Positions 41,295 through 55,452 of a stretch of 64,000 nt of DNA are shown here, one piece after another. The stretch lies in the NCBI GenBank assembly GCA_043228905.1, contig JBHGNT010000010.1:5828001-5892000 (forward strand), written 5' to 3'. The DNA is from Azolla caroliniana. Taxonomy: Eukaryota > Plantae > Polypodiophyta. The notes beneath the pieces were generated by a model. The model ran no database searches and was not told the origin of the DNA. It saw nothing but the letters and a program-made list of their open reading frames with translations. The position numbers were made by a program, and so were the translations under genes. Each line of letters starts with the position of its first letter. Positions within the stretch are counted from its first letter, which is position 1.

Positions 41295-44200
41295 TCATGT
41301 TAGAGGTCCTGATCGTGCAGTGCCAGCAGCAATACCCTCTGTGAATGATACTTTGCGCCCACCACTATAATCCAATGGACCTGAAAATCGGACACCATGA
41401 CCTCCATGTTTCCTTGGTGTTGAGCTCTTTCCTGCAGTTCTTGGTGTTCCTCCACGGAAGCTTGAAAATCCACCATTTACATCTCCATTTCCATCCATTA
41501 CAGAGCCAGTTCCCAAAGCAACTTGACTGGTGCCAATCCCAAACCCTTGTCGTCGAGCACCCATGAGCATTAAAGCTGGTACCGCATTTTCATAGTATAA
41601 TTGATATATAGATCTCAGTATTGTGTAAGGCACATGGTTTTCAAGTGTGCTTCTTGATAGATATTCAGAAATGTCACAAAGTTGCTCCAGAAATATCAAC
41701 TTGGCTACCAATGGAGATCTGCACCCAAAGGTCAATTGCCCTCAGAAATACTAATTCTCATGCATAACAAATTGACTTACGAAAGAGCATACCTATTGCT
41801 CTCATTCCAGGAGTCCAGAACAATGGAGGCAGAACATTGAACATAAGTTTTCATCATGGACTTGATGCTCGCCTCAACAGCTGCAACTCCCTCCAAGGTA
41901 AGAGCCTCTGACTCCAAATTTTCTGTTTGAGAGCCTGCCCCATCAGTGTGGCTCTGAGAAAGTTGCTGATGTTCTTTCCTCTCAAACCTGATGAACTCAC
42001 TTGAAACTATTACAGCATTGATACACCTTCAACAATACATCACAGAACCAGATGTTAGATGAACATCAGAAAAATACAGAATTCCATTAGTGGGACACAT
42101 AGATAATTGATATACCTAGCCAAACAATGTACATTGCTGTTGAATCCTCCTGTATGGATGGTATAGGCACTAGTATTCCACACATTTGAGATCATGCAGC
42201 ATACATACAGATACGGAAGCAAGATCCACATTGAGTCACCAGCTCCTGATACCTTTTTAAGAACTGAATGCAGAACTGCAGCATCTTGGCTAGTACCATC
42301 ACCCAATCTTCCTGCGAGCATCTTCAGCCTCAAAATATCTTCCTTTTCAGGAATGGATGATGGAGCATAGCGTGCAAAATCTGACAGGAGGGAAAATACG
42401 CTAGGGACATTTGCCTCTAGCACACCTGCAGCAGCTTCTGAAAGCAACAATCTGAAGTTTATCGCATGTCCAATCTGTATTGAGAAGGCCATCAAAGACT
42501 CGATGTCTTGAACTTGTTTCAGGGCTGAGCCTCGTTCATAATGATGATGCATATTCAAAGCAAGGGTTTCTAAAGCATCCTTATTTGCACGCAATGCAAT
42601 ATCGATGCCCCCCACAAGTATACCAAGATACTCGTTTAGTAAGCTTTCCAGCTTATCCACTCCATAGGGTCCAAATATTCTTATAAATGCTTTAAGCTCA
42701 TGGACATCTACAAGTATCTCTGGAATAGAATTTCCAGCTTTACAGGTCCTGAAGCTCTTGTCTGATGTATCAAACACTATGCCAGCACCATTCACATCTT
42801 TGACAACATTATCCATGAACCAATTGCTCATAATCGTCACAGCTTTACCACCGAAAATATCCTTCACATCAAAATCCTGAAGACCTCGCATAGGACCTGA
42901 GAATGCCTCTTTCAATAGAATCTCCCTTAAACCCTGTTTTAGATCCATACTAACATGCTTCTCAATCAGATGGATAATCTGCATGTGACGTAGTATAAGG
43001 CCTTCAATTATAGAAGGGCGTGGAACACCTTCAGCACTAACGATTCCAATAAGCCTTCGTTTGAAGTTATTCATAATGTGTTCCCTCAAATACTGCAAGA
43101 TGTATGCACGTAAATCTATTGCAGCAGAAAATTGAAGTTATATTTTCACCTGATAAGCTGAAATTACCTCTTGTGAAATAAAAACATGGCCCAAAATACA
43201 GATTGGCTCCATTTCATTCAGAGCAGTGCAAAGATCAGTAAGCCTTTGAACAGCAGCTTCAAGCCTGGCCAAACAAACCCAATTTTACATGCAATCAAAC
43301 AACAATTCACTTCGCAGTCTAGCGAATAATATAGAAGTCCAGCAAAAGCTAATTACATCTTAACACCATCCATATTTGCAGGCTCACTTTCACTTCCTGG
43401 TAAAGGTAGATCCAGGTTACTTTTCAAAGACTTGCTGGAAGGATTGCCACTTCTTCCTGCTTGATTAAGACGAAATGCAGCCTGTTCTGGTGAAAGCTGT
43501 GAAAATAATCGAGAAGCCAAACTCAATTTCAATTTCAAACTGCTTACGATGAAGGTTATGCAAGACCGATGGAGTGGAAAGATAGACACAACTAGATTCA
43601 CAGCATCAATTACCTGTCAATTGTGAATCTAGTAGAGTCTATCTTTCCACTCCATCGACCTTATGTTAAAGTTTCATAACTCCTGTCATCATGAGTAGGG
43701 GAAATCTGGGGAATATACAGTGTTTCAGTGTGACAGGTTGAAATCCTGACACCACTAGGATTTTTACCCACCCCCAGAATGAAACCTGTCGACCTTATGT
43801 TAAAGTTTCATAGTCGAGTCTATCAATCTTATGTTAAAATTCCATAACTCGTGTCATCATGAGTAGGGGGGATCTGGGGAATATACAGTGTTTCAGTGTG
43901 ACAGGTTGGAATCCCGACACCGCTAGGATTTTTACCCACCCCCAGAATGAAACCTATGATTCTGCTTGCCAATTATTTTCATAGGTCAAAATTGGCCACC
44001 TCGTGTATGATAAAAAACTCTATTCTATTCAGTGCTCGTATACCATTCCAATCACACCCCTTGTCCAGGATACAGTAGTTAATGATTGGAATTAAGACCA
44101 TTACAACAAGAGTGTCAGTCATAGCAACAAATTCTGAATAAAAATATGCATAAATAACCACAATATTCTCTATCTACCTTGTATTCCAAGGATCCAAACC

Positions 44201-47200
44201 CTCCATCTGAATCTAAAATGTTTATGAGGCCTTCAAAGCCACCCATAATAGACTCCAAGACCGATTCAACGTAAGATATTGAATCCTGAGCAATCCTTGA
44301 TTGCTGCAGAAAGTTGACAGATATATGTCAGTAGTTTATTGCAAAACTGGCACAGGAAATCAATGGATAAGTGATGAATGAACCTCATCAGGCACAGCAG
44401 TATGTGAATTTTCTGAAAATGTGTTGGCAATCCTGAGCCATGCACAACAATGCTGGGGTCTTCCTTCTGGACCAAACATGGTGTGCCTGAAAACCTTAAC
44501 CACATTCAAAAGTTAACAAATCCATTCCTGCAAACAGTAAAATGAACACAAAACAAATACTGCTTAAATCCTTACTGTTGTGAGATGTTGCCGGTAGAAA
44601 CAAAGAACTTTCAAAGATGAGTGTTGCCTTAATTGTCCTTCAATGTCATCAATACTCCTGCATACATTATTCCAAATTAGATTGTAATACAAGCTACAGA
44701 CAAGTGAGGAAATTATCTGAATAAGTTTCAAAATAAAGGGTTCGGAGGTCAAAATATCCTGTGCAGACATGAAGCAAATTTAGATTAACACTGGAATATG
44801 TTTCATCCAAGCATAGATTTAGACAGTGGATGTATAGGATTTTTCTTACTGGAATATGATGGCATAAAAATAATTGTCATTTCCATCCATTGTTTCACCC
44901 TCATTCACAAAGAAATTACCAGCAGAGATCATGTATACATAAATAAATACATATATGGTTCATACAACTAACAAGTGGCAGACAAGGTACAAATTTATGT
45001 ACACAATGGCTTCCAAACATGAGCAATTATATACCTGGACCACAAGTATGCTCCATTTCCCTCAGAGATAATGCTCTCTTTTCCGGTTGAAACAGCTGCC
45101 TTCTCAAAATGCCGTAAATTTATTGTTGCCCTTGATGACGAAACCAGCATCATCAGAGAAATCCAATCTTTTCTGAAACCCTGAAATAATACAGGAATGC
45201 TTAGTGCTTCAGATTATGGCACAACAATGTGATATACAATTTACAGAAATCTAATGTCTAAAACATACAGACAGGCTGATCTCATCAATCAGAGCAGTTT
45301 CATTATGGAATTTTGGAAGCTTATCCAAGCAGTCAGATATGGAGCTTATCACTTCTTTAAGCGGTAGCTCAAGATCAAGTGCAATCATTCCCGGTGAATT
45401 CATGAGTGTCTTGATTCTCTCAGCTGATCCTGCTAAATAGCCTAAAGCATAACCCCTGATTGCTGCACCAAAAATGGTTAGTTGAATTAGTGGTAGGGGA
45501 CAAATCATGCGTTTTAGAAAAAAATACTGTATAAACCGTGCCAAAAAACCATCAGACTTGTCAAGTGGCCTAGTTATGATGATCGTACACAAGTATATGC
45601 AGGTACTAGAACTACAAGAATCACTGTCATTAGTTAAGTGCTGATGAAAATAAACTATTGTGGGGCAGTGTACTGCAAATTAATGTCTCTAAGAGAGAGA
45701 TAAAAGAAATGGCAAGAATGCCCCCAAGAAGTGGGGAAAGCCTGCCTTATTTTCTTTGCTGCCCTTCATGATCTTGGAAGCATCCCATTAATTCCTAAAA
45801 GTGTGAATGACCTCACACCATGCATTGACTAGAGTTGCAAAGGTGAGAGTATCATCTAGAATGTGAGACCAGAAAATCTTCCAAACACACCTCAAAGCAA
45901 CTGTACAAATTATTTTCTAAGATAATGACCTATCCCTTCAGGAGGTGACATGAAGAGTATCCAGTATTAATGAGCATGAAGGCAAGGTCTCAAAATCACA
46001 CCTGATACAAAATATGTACATTCAATTTATGCTGTAACCAGCGAACTGCCCCAGTGAGCAAACCATTGGTATGTTATGTTTTTCACTGACATACACATAC
46101 ATACACAATGGTGAATTAGAGTCAGCATTTGTGACAATATGACCAGCATGGAAATCAACTAAGCTGAAATGTGTAAGCATTTATATGAAACATCTTTCAG
46201 GAACTCATATAAAACCCTGCAATTTACTGATTATTCCAGCTCATTTGCACAAATTTACTTTGATCTTTCACATGTAATACTTAATATTATCTTCCTCATG
46301 TTTAATCATTCTAGAATTGTAGAGTGAAATGCATATAAACAAAAAGACGACACGCATTCTCATTGGCAAACCTGAAATATACTTGAAAATAAGCCCTTGC
46401 AGTTTGTCCATGCCACTTAACAGAAATCCAACACTAGGATCAGCAGCTTCCTGTGTAAAATTTCAATCTATGCTTAGGAGTACAGTAAAAATCATGTTAA
46501 GCAAAGTTTATTGAGCACACATCAACTTTTGGAAGGATCTTAAACAATATTAGAAGGAGATGGGGGACTCACAATTTCCACCGGAACTAAGCGTCCAAAT
46601 TTTGGTTTTCCAGCCATGACTCCTACATGTGTGAAGTACCAAACCAGCTCATTTCGAACCATGGACAAAGATGAAAACGTCATCTGAAAAATGTATCAAC
46701 AAAGTGGTGTGAAGTCCTCAATAATAATAAATGCACCAAACCCTCTCATGAAAAAAGAAAATAAGAAGCAACTTCCATGCTTTGCCATTCTTTTTTCACT
46801 TTCTTATATAAAATCTTACAAACCTTCCTTTAAACTCCACATAATCAGGCAAGAAATAAGGAAATCGTACCGTCAACAATAAACAAGCTGTGGTGCGTAG
46901 GATCCTACCTGGATATTTGGTGCAATAAGACTTGGTTGATCTGAAAAGAATAAAACCATTCGACTGAGCTCTTGTCTAAAGAATGTCCTGCGTTCCCTAT
47001 GATTGCTTTCAGCTCTACTAATAGCCCAATCATGAGCATCACTGCAAAAGAAAGATAAAAGAAATATTGAACAAACACATACAATGAGGACAGTGCATAA
47101 GAACCAACTTTGAGGTGTGAGTCAATATGTAATATCACTAAGAGTGACGTTAAACACTCAAACAATCAAGATGTGCTTACAAACACTCAAACAAGATGTG

Positions 47201-50200
47201 CATTCAGCACACCGATAATAACATTAGGTTTTTTAATGCAATATTTATACCATTTGAGCACATTTGGTGATCTTGTCTATCTATAGATAAAGAGATAGAC
47301 ATACACATACACAGCATGTATATGATCTTTTGTGATCGTTCTAAATAGGGAACAGTTTAAACACAAAAACGAATAAAAAATTCATACCATATAGCTTTCC
47401 TGACGTGTTTCGCAACATTATAGTCTTGATCTGAATCCTTTTGTTTACGTCCAGCTCTAGCCGTTCTCTTGGACTCGTCAATTTTTGGGAGCACATGAAA
47501 TTGGTACTCTTCATGTACAAGGATGTACTGCATTGCATGTTGAGTAAACGTTTCACTTATTTGTGTAGCTGAATATATTCTTTAAGAAGGTTTTAAACAA
47601 TGATCCTAAAAAATTTCAAGTTTGGCTCTTACCTCTCCGTCACTCATCAGCTAATTAACCCAGGGATTGGCTACATGTTTTAGACTGTCTTTGATTTTTT
47701 TCACCTTTCTAACATTCCTCGACTATTTTAAATTATTCTACTGAATTTGATTTACTGACTTATTAGATCCTCCAAAAACTTATTGAATGAGTCACAATAT
47801 ATCAAGAACTACAGTAAAGATTTTTATCCTTGTAGAAACTTCGATAGATGCTATCAAGATCATGCACTAGCACCTCAAATCTTCCTATATATGAAATATC
47901 ACTCGGATAAGTAGTGGACAGTGTTGTGGAACTAAGTTACTAAGTTAGAAGCCGGTCCTTGCCTTCACGAGATTACTAACTTGAAAGCAGCTAATTCAAG
48001 GCTCAAGGTTAATTTTGACAGTTTATGTGATTAGTCAATGGATTATAAATCCAGGTACTACTGCCTGTTGAAGAGACTAATTCCTCCATGATTAATAATC
48101 TATAACATCACCATAAATCTACCCTAAAGCATATTGTGATTCAAGGCTCAATACAACAGAGCAAAAAAAATGCTAAAAGAATGCGTACCTCATCTCTAAA
48201 CAAAGGTAGGACCAATGTATCCCGCAACAATGCCTGCATAAGACTTTCAGCGATTTTTTAGTTGCATGTTAAGTTAATATATGGCAATTAAGATGTTATT
48301 TTAAAATAAATGTGCCTTACTGAGTTCAATTAAGTGAAATAAAAATTCAATTTATAACTCAAATTTAGTTTTTTCATCTGTCTAATAAGTGACAGTGAGA
48401 TGACTTGGCCATGAAAAAGTCTACAATTAAGGCGAACCTACTTTCAAAGCATCCGCAACAAGTGCAAGCAGCATACTGGTTGTGCAACTAAAATTGAAAA
48501 CTACTGAATATTTCAATTTATCTAATGAATTAAAATAAGTCAGTGTGCTCCCAATTTTCTGAAACGATATTATAATATAATTTGTAATCATATCCTCATC
48601 ATGATAGCATTGTAATGATTGCCTCCAGATTCTATAGGTAGAAGGGTAAGAAAACTAGTGTAGGCTCTATATTTCATATAATCCAAGCAAACAAAATTAT
48701 TATACTTTTATAGGACCCAAAATAGTCTGACCTTACAAATCATGTGTGTAGGTGAAAGCAAGTGAGTGAATTAGAAAGGGTAAAATAAACATATAAATGG
48801 AGAAATGCAAACCACTGCAATGTCGATTGCACTTCCCCGTAAGAGTTCATTTGGGCAAACAAGGTAGCCAAGTAGCACCCACTCTCGATAGCTGTCAAAA
48901 TGTGCTAATTCTTGGGCTCGCTGCAAATATAAATCATGCATTAGCAATGAGGCTGTTTTCCAGTACAGATACAAGCCTTGAAAACATTTGCATTATTTAA
49001 TGGAATGACTCTAGGTCTTAAGTTTTAATACCGCTGGATGTGCAGAATTTGTTAGTTTGTCAGGATACCGTGGATGAAAAGGGCTTAGAAACCCTTCACT
49101 TCGAAGCTTCTGAAAGTCCAGTCCAAGAAGTAGAGTTGGTGCTATTCCCTCTATTATCTGCAGGGTGATATGTAATGCCTGAGCAATCTGTGGGAACACT
49201 TGAATGTATGTAATACCATGGAGCAATCCCATCATGAGTGATCTCTTACCTCTCCAATACGAGCACTAATTACAAGGTTTAGATCCTCTTGCAATCCTTT
49301 CAATGGTGAATCATAAGAATCAACATACTGCACTAACCTGCAATAGGCTAATATATTAATACATACAGGACCTATAGCATCCTAAATCATCCAAAGTTTA
49401 AGACACATATATGTAAATGTAATCATAGAATGAAGAGGAGGTATATAAATGTCATTACAACATTCACAATGGTTTGATCTCTGATGATTACATCCAAGGC
49501 ATACCCATATAAACTGGTTAGCTCATATAATTGATAATATCCAAGTGATTATTATGTGACATTAATGTCCAATATGTACTATAACAGCTGTCCTCCAGAC
49601 CTCCTGAGCTGCCAAACAATCCCAGATTGAATGCCACTATGCCTCATGACTAAATAGGAGAGACATTGTATGGTTATTGTATCATTGATCTATGGACAGC
49701 TGTCCTCCAGACCTCCTGAGCTGCCAAACAATCCCAGATTGAATGCCACTATGCCTCATGACTAAATAGGAGAGACATTGTATGGTTATTGTATCATTGA
49801 TCTATGGTAAAGTAACCATTCACTTTAATAAATATTAGCCAATTTCTTTTTCAATCACATTTTACACAGAAAGCATACCTATGCCCTTATAAATATGGGA
49901 ATTTATTAATTAATCTGACATAGGTACATTCATATTGATGAATAGTGTTAAACCACCAACGATACAAGGACGTAGATATCTCACCCATCTTACCGGTGAT
50001 AAAATTCATAGTCCCTTCCATTTTTAACTAAGGTATGTGTAAGATTATAGGTTTGCAGTAACATTTTTCTGGGCACCTGGCATAGATTTGTACTATTAGA
50101 AAAAAAGATGAATCATACTGCTCATAAACAGGTTTCATGTTCAGGAAAAACAAACAGGTTAACTCACCTTTCCAGAGAGAAGGTTCACCCGAACAAATGA

Positions 50201-51024
50201 GCAGATCAGATTCATCAATGCATGAAGAATCAATGGGTTTTGATTTGGCTGTAAATCATTGAATGAAAAATTATGTCACAGCAAAAAAAATCGCAACCAA
50301 GCAATATAAAGCCATTACTCAAAAGTATAGTACCAGAAAAGTAATAACTGTGCTGCTCAGATCCAATATTACTTTCAAAGCCTCTTCTCGAAACATCATC
50401 AGGTCAAGAAGAACCTAAAGGAAGACATGTGAACATTCTCCATCACTCCATTTAAATAAACAGTACCAATTAGAAATGGCATGCATACTGTTAACAAGGG
50501 CTCCATGGAAGAAAGAAACATTTCCCCTTTGTCTTGAAGCTGTTCCATGCCTACTTTATCAACCTATCAAGAAAAACACATATTCAGCTAATATTTTTAC
50601 AATACTAAAACATTCAGTGAGATGTGAATTCTATTCAATCAATAAAAACTATTAGGATAGATAAGAGACCGCTCTACTTTCATCACACCATCCAAACAAG
50701 GTTCACCTTTTCCGGTTGCAGTTTCGCCGTATGTTCTGGAAACTTCTTTCCCAGATAGACACAGAGTTTAGGGAGGTCCGGAAATATGCCAGCTTTCCAG
50801 AAGCTTTCAGAAAACTGGTATCCTGCAGCTGGGTTATCAAGAGTTTTCCTTAACTTATAAATCTTGGTCATCAATCCTTCAGCAACATCTTGCAGTTGGT
50901 ATACTGTATCTATTTGTCGAAGCTTTTGATATGTTTTTGAGTCTTGACTGAACGTTGGTTCCTTCCACCTCGGAGATGGTGTGTTGACATTATCATGTAG
51001 ATAGGAATGCATCAACTCCTCCAT
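41295..51024 (-). CDS. NAP1: NAP1 (Nck-associated protein 1, SCAR/WAVE complex subunit), 23 coding exons
   Basis: GT-AG exons from ATG 51024 to TGA 41295 give VAEGLMTKIYKL..FSESFWKAGIFP, LDLSSTVITFL, EGFLSPFHPRYPDKLTNSAHP, YREWVLLGYLVCP, LFFSDQPSLIAPNIQM, TMFGPEGRPQHCCAWL, FIRIFGPYGVDKL, LVAKLIFLEQLC..HVPYTILRSIY and SGPLDYS, colinear with plant NAP1. Confidence 0.97.
43635..43955 (+). repeat. Tandem duplication (~150-bp unit x2 plus partial) in a NAP1 intron, possibly SINE-derived
   Basis: CTTATGTTAAA..CATGAGTAGGGG..CAGTGTGACAGGTTG.AATCC.GACACC.CTAGGATTTTTACCCACCCCCAGAATGAAACCT occurs twice. Confidence 0.85.
49584..49807. repeat. Exact 112-bp tandem duplication in a NAP1 intron
   Basis: ACAGCTGTCC...GATCTATGG at 49584-49695 and 49696-49807. 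Confidence 0.92.
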
Positions 51025-52184
51025 TTTACTGTTTACATTACAAAAACGGAAAACTGATAGAAAATCTTCAAAATATATGTCAATCCCCACCACTCTATCA
51101 CTCCTATTTTTTTAATTCTCAAACTATAAGAATGGAAACACTCTAGTACTACTGTTTGCACTGAGACATTGTAAAAAAGTACGAAATTTAGCAACTGAAG
51201 TGATGGAAGCACTACAAAGTGTAGAATGCAGAAACTAATGTTTCTGCATCCCAGCAATAAAAGAAAACAAAGAAAATTTAGAATATGCAAAAAACTCCAT
51301 TCCAATATGTTGCAACAGAAACTATGGGAAAACTTTGAAATTTTGGAAAGATGGTGCAAAACCTCTACACCATTACTCCGAAAGACTAGATGTACCCTTA
51401 CAGTAGAAACCACGTGAAAAAATTTAGAATATACTATTGCTGTAGAAATCTAAGAAAATTGAGAGAAATTTTTAGAATGCTGCATTGCTGTAAAAACTAA
51501 GGAAATATAAGAATGTTCAAAATCCTCAACTTCACCGCTTTTGTTTGCAGAAACAGAGATAGGGAATAGGAATAATGATAAAAATGTTGAAATTTACAAC
51601 GTCAAGAATTTCAGAGAAACCTCCATTTACACGCTTTACATAGAGGTAAAAATAAAAAACACAGGAATTTGAGTAAATGTAGTTCATTTTAGTTAGAGGT
51701 ACCTCTGAAGGAAAAAGAGATTGCCCGTTTCATATTTTGCATAGAAGAAGAAGATAACATGCACATTTAGATGTACACAAAATTCTGAGTGTATGATTCC
51801 TTTTAAATGTATGTACCTGGTGAAAGAGGAGAAGGGAAGAAATTCGTTTCCTCCTCTGCTATGTGCGTGTGGGGTGAGTGATTCTTTGAAGTGATGGTCT
51901 TGATTTTGCAGGCAGATCCAGAAGGTGGAGCCTTTTTACTTTGACAATCCAGCAGCGAGAAATCAGTGGCTCATACGTCCATTGCTATCTATCAATCGAA
52001 ACATACTACTAAGTTACTTACTACATACATTCTTCTCCGCAGAGACACAGAATAGACTAGACAGACGGATCCAGCAAGAAAACGCAAACACACGTCTTTC
52101 TTCCTCAGACCCCCCCCCTCTCTCTCTCCATCTCTCTCTCTTTTTATCAGACTCTCTCTCTCTCTCTGTCTTTGCAGAAAGTTC

Positions 52185-52444
52185 CATAGTACGTAATGTT
52201 CGTCTCCATTAGCCCAAACATTCGTTTTCATACGTATGCGTATGTTATAAAAAACATTCTTGTGTTTTTTTTTTTAACGCTTTTTTACCTTAACTTTCTT
52301 ACCCTAAAAAAACAAATTTACCTTATAATAAATCATGAGTGCAAAAGTATGGTATTTACCATACTTCGATGGCGTTTTTCTTATGCGAATGATAAGAATG
52401 TTTGAGAATGCGAATGCACGAATGGTACTATCCTTCATACTATG
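52185..52444. mobile_element. MITE upstream of NAP1 (family shared with 35246-35503)
   Basis: Termini CATAGTAC..CATACTATG. Direct repeat GCAGAAAGT flanks it at 52174-52182 and 52445-52453. Central 22-bp palindrome. Confidence 0.78.
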
Positions 52445-52494
52445 GCAGAAAGTAACCCAGAAACAATGTTTCGCCATTCATAGTGTGGACTCTG

Positions 52495-52885
52495 CTATCA
52501 ATTCTTTTATTCATTTATTTATTTCCTTTATTTTATTTTATTTTTTTTATTTATTTATTTTTGTTAATTTATTTATTTATCTATCTTTTTATTAACTATT
52601 GTTTATTTATCTGTTTATTTACTTATTTATTTATCTATCTATCTATTTATTTATCTATCTGTTTATGTATGTACTATGTATCTATTTATTTATTTATCTG
52701 TTTATTTATTTATTAGCTATTGATTTATTTATTTGTTAACCAATTTATTTGTTTCTTTGTTTGTTTTTTCATCTGTTTATGTACTTATTTACTTCTCTAC
52801 GTATTTATTTCATTATCGATTTATTTTATTATTATGTACTCTATTATCTATTTATTTACTTACATACTTATCTATTTATTTGCAG
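52495..52885. repeat. (TTTA/TCTA)n low-complexity tract
   Basis: Directly visible. Confidence 0.85.
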
Positions 52886-54333
52886 CTGCTTTTCTTTTAC
52901 CCATTTATTTGATTCATCGGGAATTTGGCATAATTACATTTCTGGCCATTTCTTAGCTTCGAAGGTTGGGTTGCATCAAAATGATTAGAAGAGAGAGAGA
53001 GAGGAGATTGATTCTCTTGTGGGCCTTCCCTCGTAAAACAAAACAACAACACAATCGGCTCAATTGACCATAATAGAACGTTCGATCAATCAAACAGCAT
53101 CAATCACTTAAAGTGCGCATGGATCTCGGTATATTTGTCCTCGATTGCAAGCTAAATCAATCCTCCTCTTCTAAATCTAGACCCCTGAATGAATGAATGA
53201 ATGAATGAAAAAGAACACACTATTTCCTCAACTAGACAGAAAATGAGATGATTTGTCTAATGCTACTGGACTACATCTCGTTTGTCTGAATGTAGCTTCA
53301 GATAGTCAATAAAGCAAAACTTAGTTGACAGTATGTGAACTGTGACACAAACACCTTGTACAACGTCAATGCATAATGCTTGAAAAATAAATCTCTGCGA
53401 CCAAATTTATAGTCGGTATCATCGATCAAAACATTAATTAGTTACGATAGCATTCAAATAATCTCTCTACAAACAATAGTTTAAACTCTAAACTATATTA
53501 TTGTCTTGCCAAGCGATATCTAACGATATATCGTCACCCTTTGGAAACGAAAGGACATACATCCAATAAATTTATTGCTTATAAAATAATTTGTTTGTCT
53601 TAGTTGACATTGGTACGTATGCCCATGGTAATGTTGTTCAATTCACTTGTTTTCTATAAAACCTATGTAAAAAACTTGAACATTGCATTTGATGATGTGT
53701 TCATTGTGAATATATTATCTTGATCGGTTAAACGAAAAATATGTAAAGTTTTATTGGTATTTTAGCTTAAGATGGTGCATTAACCCCAAGAAAGACCTTT
53801 AATGGGTTTGAGAATGATGATGTAAATTGTTCATTAAATTTTTGTTCAAGGTAGGCCATGAATTAAACCCTAAACTACTTGAATGGATTTTATGTTGGCA
53901 TGCGTCCACCATAGCCAATGAAATCGATTGAGCGTAACACCCACACAGTTTTTTTGTTCTCGAACGCAACAAAAAAAACATCATCTATCTTCTTGATGTC
54001 GTACATATCAGAGAATGCCTTCTACACCAAGTAATGAAGCATTTGAGAATGATTTGTTATTCAACTACCTTCTCCCCCCCTCTTCGTCATGAATCATGAT
54101 AGTTTAGCTTCAAAGCATCCTTAGAATTTGAATGCTTAAATAATAATGTAAAATATAGTGCTAAGACAACAATACTAGAGCATTCTCCTTGATACATCAA
54201 ATGAGACATCCCCGCTAGTTCCATGTAATTTTGTTTAGGGTGATCGACCAACCCCCTTTTACTCAAAGTTACTTGAAAGCCCCTCTTTGAAACCGAAATG
54301 TATGAATATTCATCGTAGATATGGTGGAATCTA

Positions 54334-54601
54334 GATACCGACATCAAAATAACAACACTCTACAAGACCCTGGCTGGAACCCCAAAGGTATGAAATCAAT
54401 CACAAACGTTGATCCAGATACCGCCATCAAAATAACGACACTCTACAAGACCATGTATGGAACCCCAAAGGTATGAAATCAATCACAAACGTTGATCCAA
54501 ATACCGCCATAAAAAATAACGAGACTCTACAAGACCTTGTCCAAAACCCCAAAGGTATGAAATCAATCACACATACCAACATCAAAATAATGACACTCTA
54601 C
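54334..54601. repeat. ~82-bp tandem repeat x3
   Basis: ATACCG.CATCAAAATAAC.ACACTCTACAAGACC...AACCCCAAAGGTATGAAATCAATCACAAACGTTGATCCA is repeated. Confidence 0.9.
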
Positions 54602-54766
54602 ATCCATGAACATTCAAGAATCTTAAATGTTTACTCGAAAAACCCTATCGGGTGCCCAAATGATACAATGGAATGAAAATCGAAGGTGGTGATCATGAGA
54701 CCAATGCTCTGCAGTCTTCGAACATTTGGGATGCTAAGAGCTACTACAAAAACCCTATGGCAAAAC

Positions 54767-55329
54767 GAACAATCGGCAATGGTTCAATTTGAACCGAACC
54801 GCGAAACCGCGGCTTAACGGTTTAAACAGTTAGAAAACGTGGTTTAAATGGTTTAACGGTTTTTTATTATTTTAATTTTTTTAGTTTAAAAAAAATTAAA
54901 AAAATTGTTTTTTAAACAATCTTTTCATTTTCATGCCTTATTCTCACATTTTAGGAAAATCTTTAAAATTTTGAAAATTTAAATAGTGAAATATTTAAAA
55001 TTTTAAAAATTAAAATTTGACCTAAGTCGAAAACCGAAACTGAACCCGCGGTTTTACTGGTTTAATGGCTCAATGGTTTGAATTTTTTTAATGGTTCGGT
55101 TTAACGGTTTCATGGCTCGGTTTGGACCCTCCCAAACCGAACCGATGTTGATTGTTAGACGAAACCCTGAGGAGGCAGTCCCAGGAGAGACACACCCATG
55201 AAGAAGCATATATGTAGTCTAGACTCTATACTATATATACTATACACCCATGGTTCGTTTCCTAAAATTCTAAACGGTTCGGTTCGAACCCTCTCAAACC
55301 GAACCGAACCGAACCGATGCTGATTGTTA
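54767..55329. mobile_element. hAT-type MITE whose right end plus flank is tandemly duplicated
   Basis: TIR GAACAATCGGCA / TG(T/C)TGATTGTTA with right ends at 55157 and 55329. TSD GGCAAAAC versus GACGAAAC and GACAAAAC. AACCG subterminal repeats. Confidence 0.7.
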
Positions 55330-55452
55330 GACAAAACCCTGAGGAGGCAGTCCCAGGAGAGACACACCCATGAAGAAGCATATATGCAGTCTATACTATA
55401 TACAATCTAGGTAGAAAACAGAGCAGCCATGGTTTAGGAGACTGAAGCAGCC

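Noticed and set aside
52483-52988. Hydrophobic F/I/Y/L-rich ORFs (also 3761-4021 and 6396-6642)
   Set aside because: They are translation artefacts of TTTA low-complexity DNA.
54334-54601. Repeated units (also 61100-61512 and 23412-23618) as a CRISPR-like array
   Set aside because: The units are contiguous tandem copies without unique spacers, in a eukaryotic context with no cas genes.
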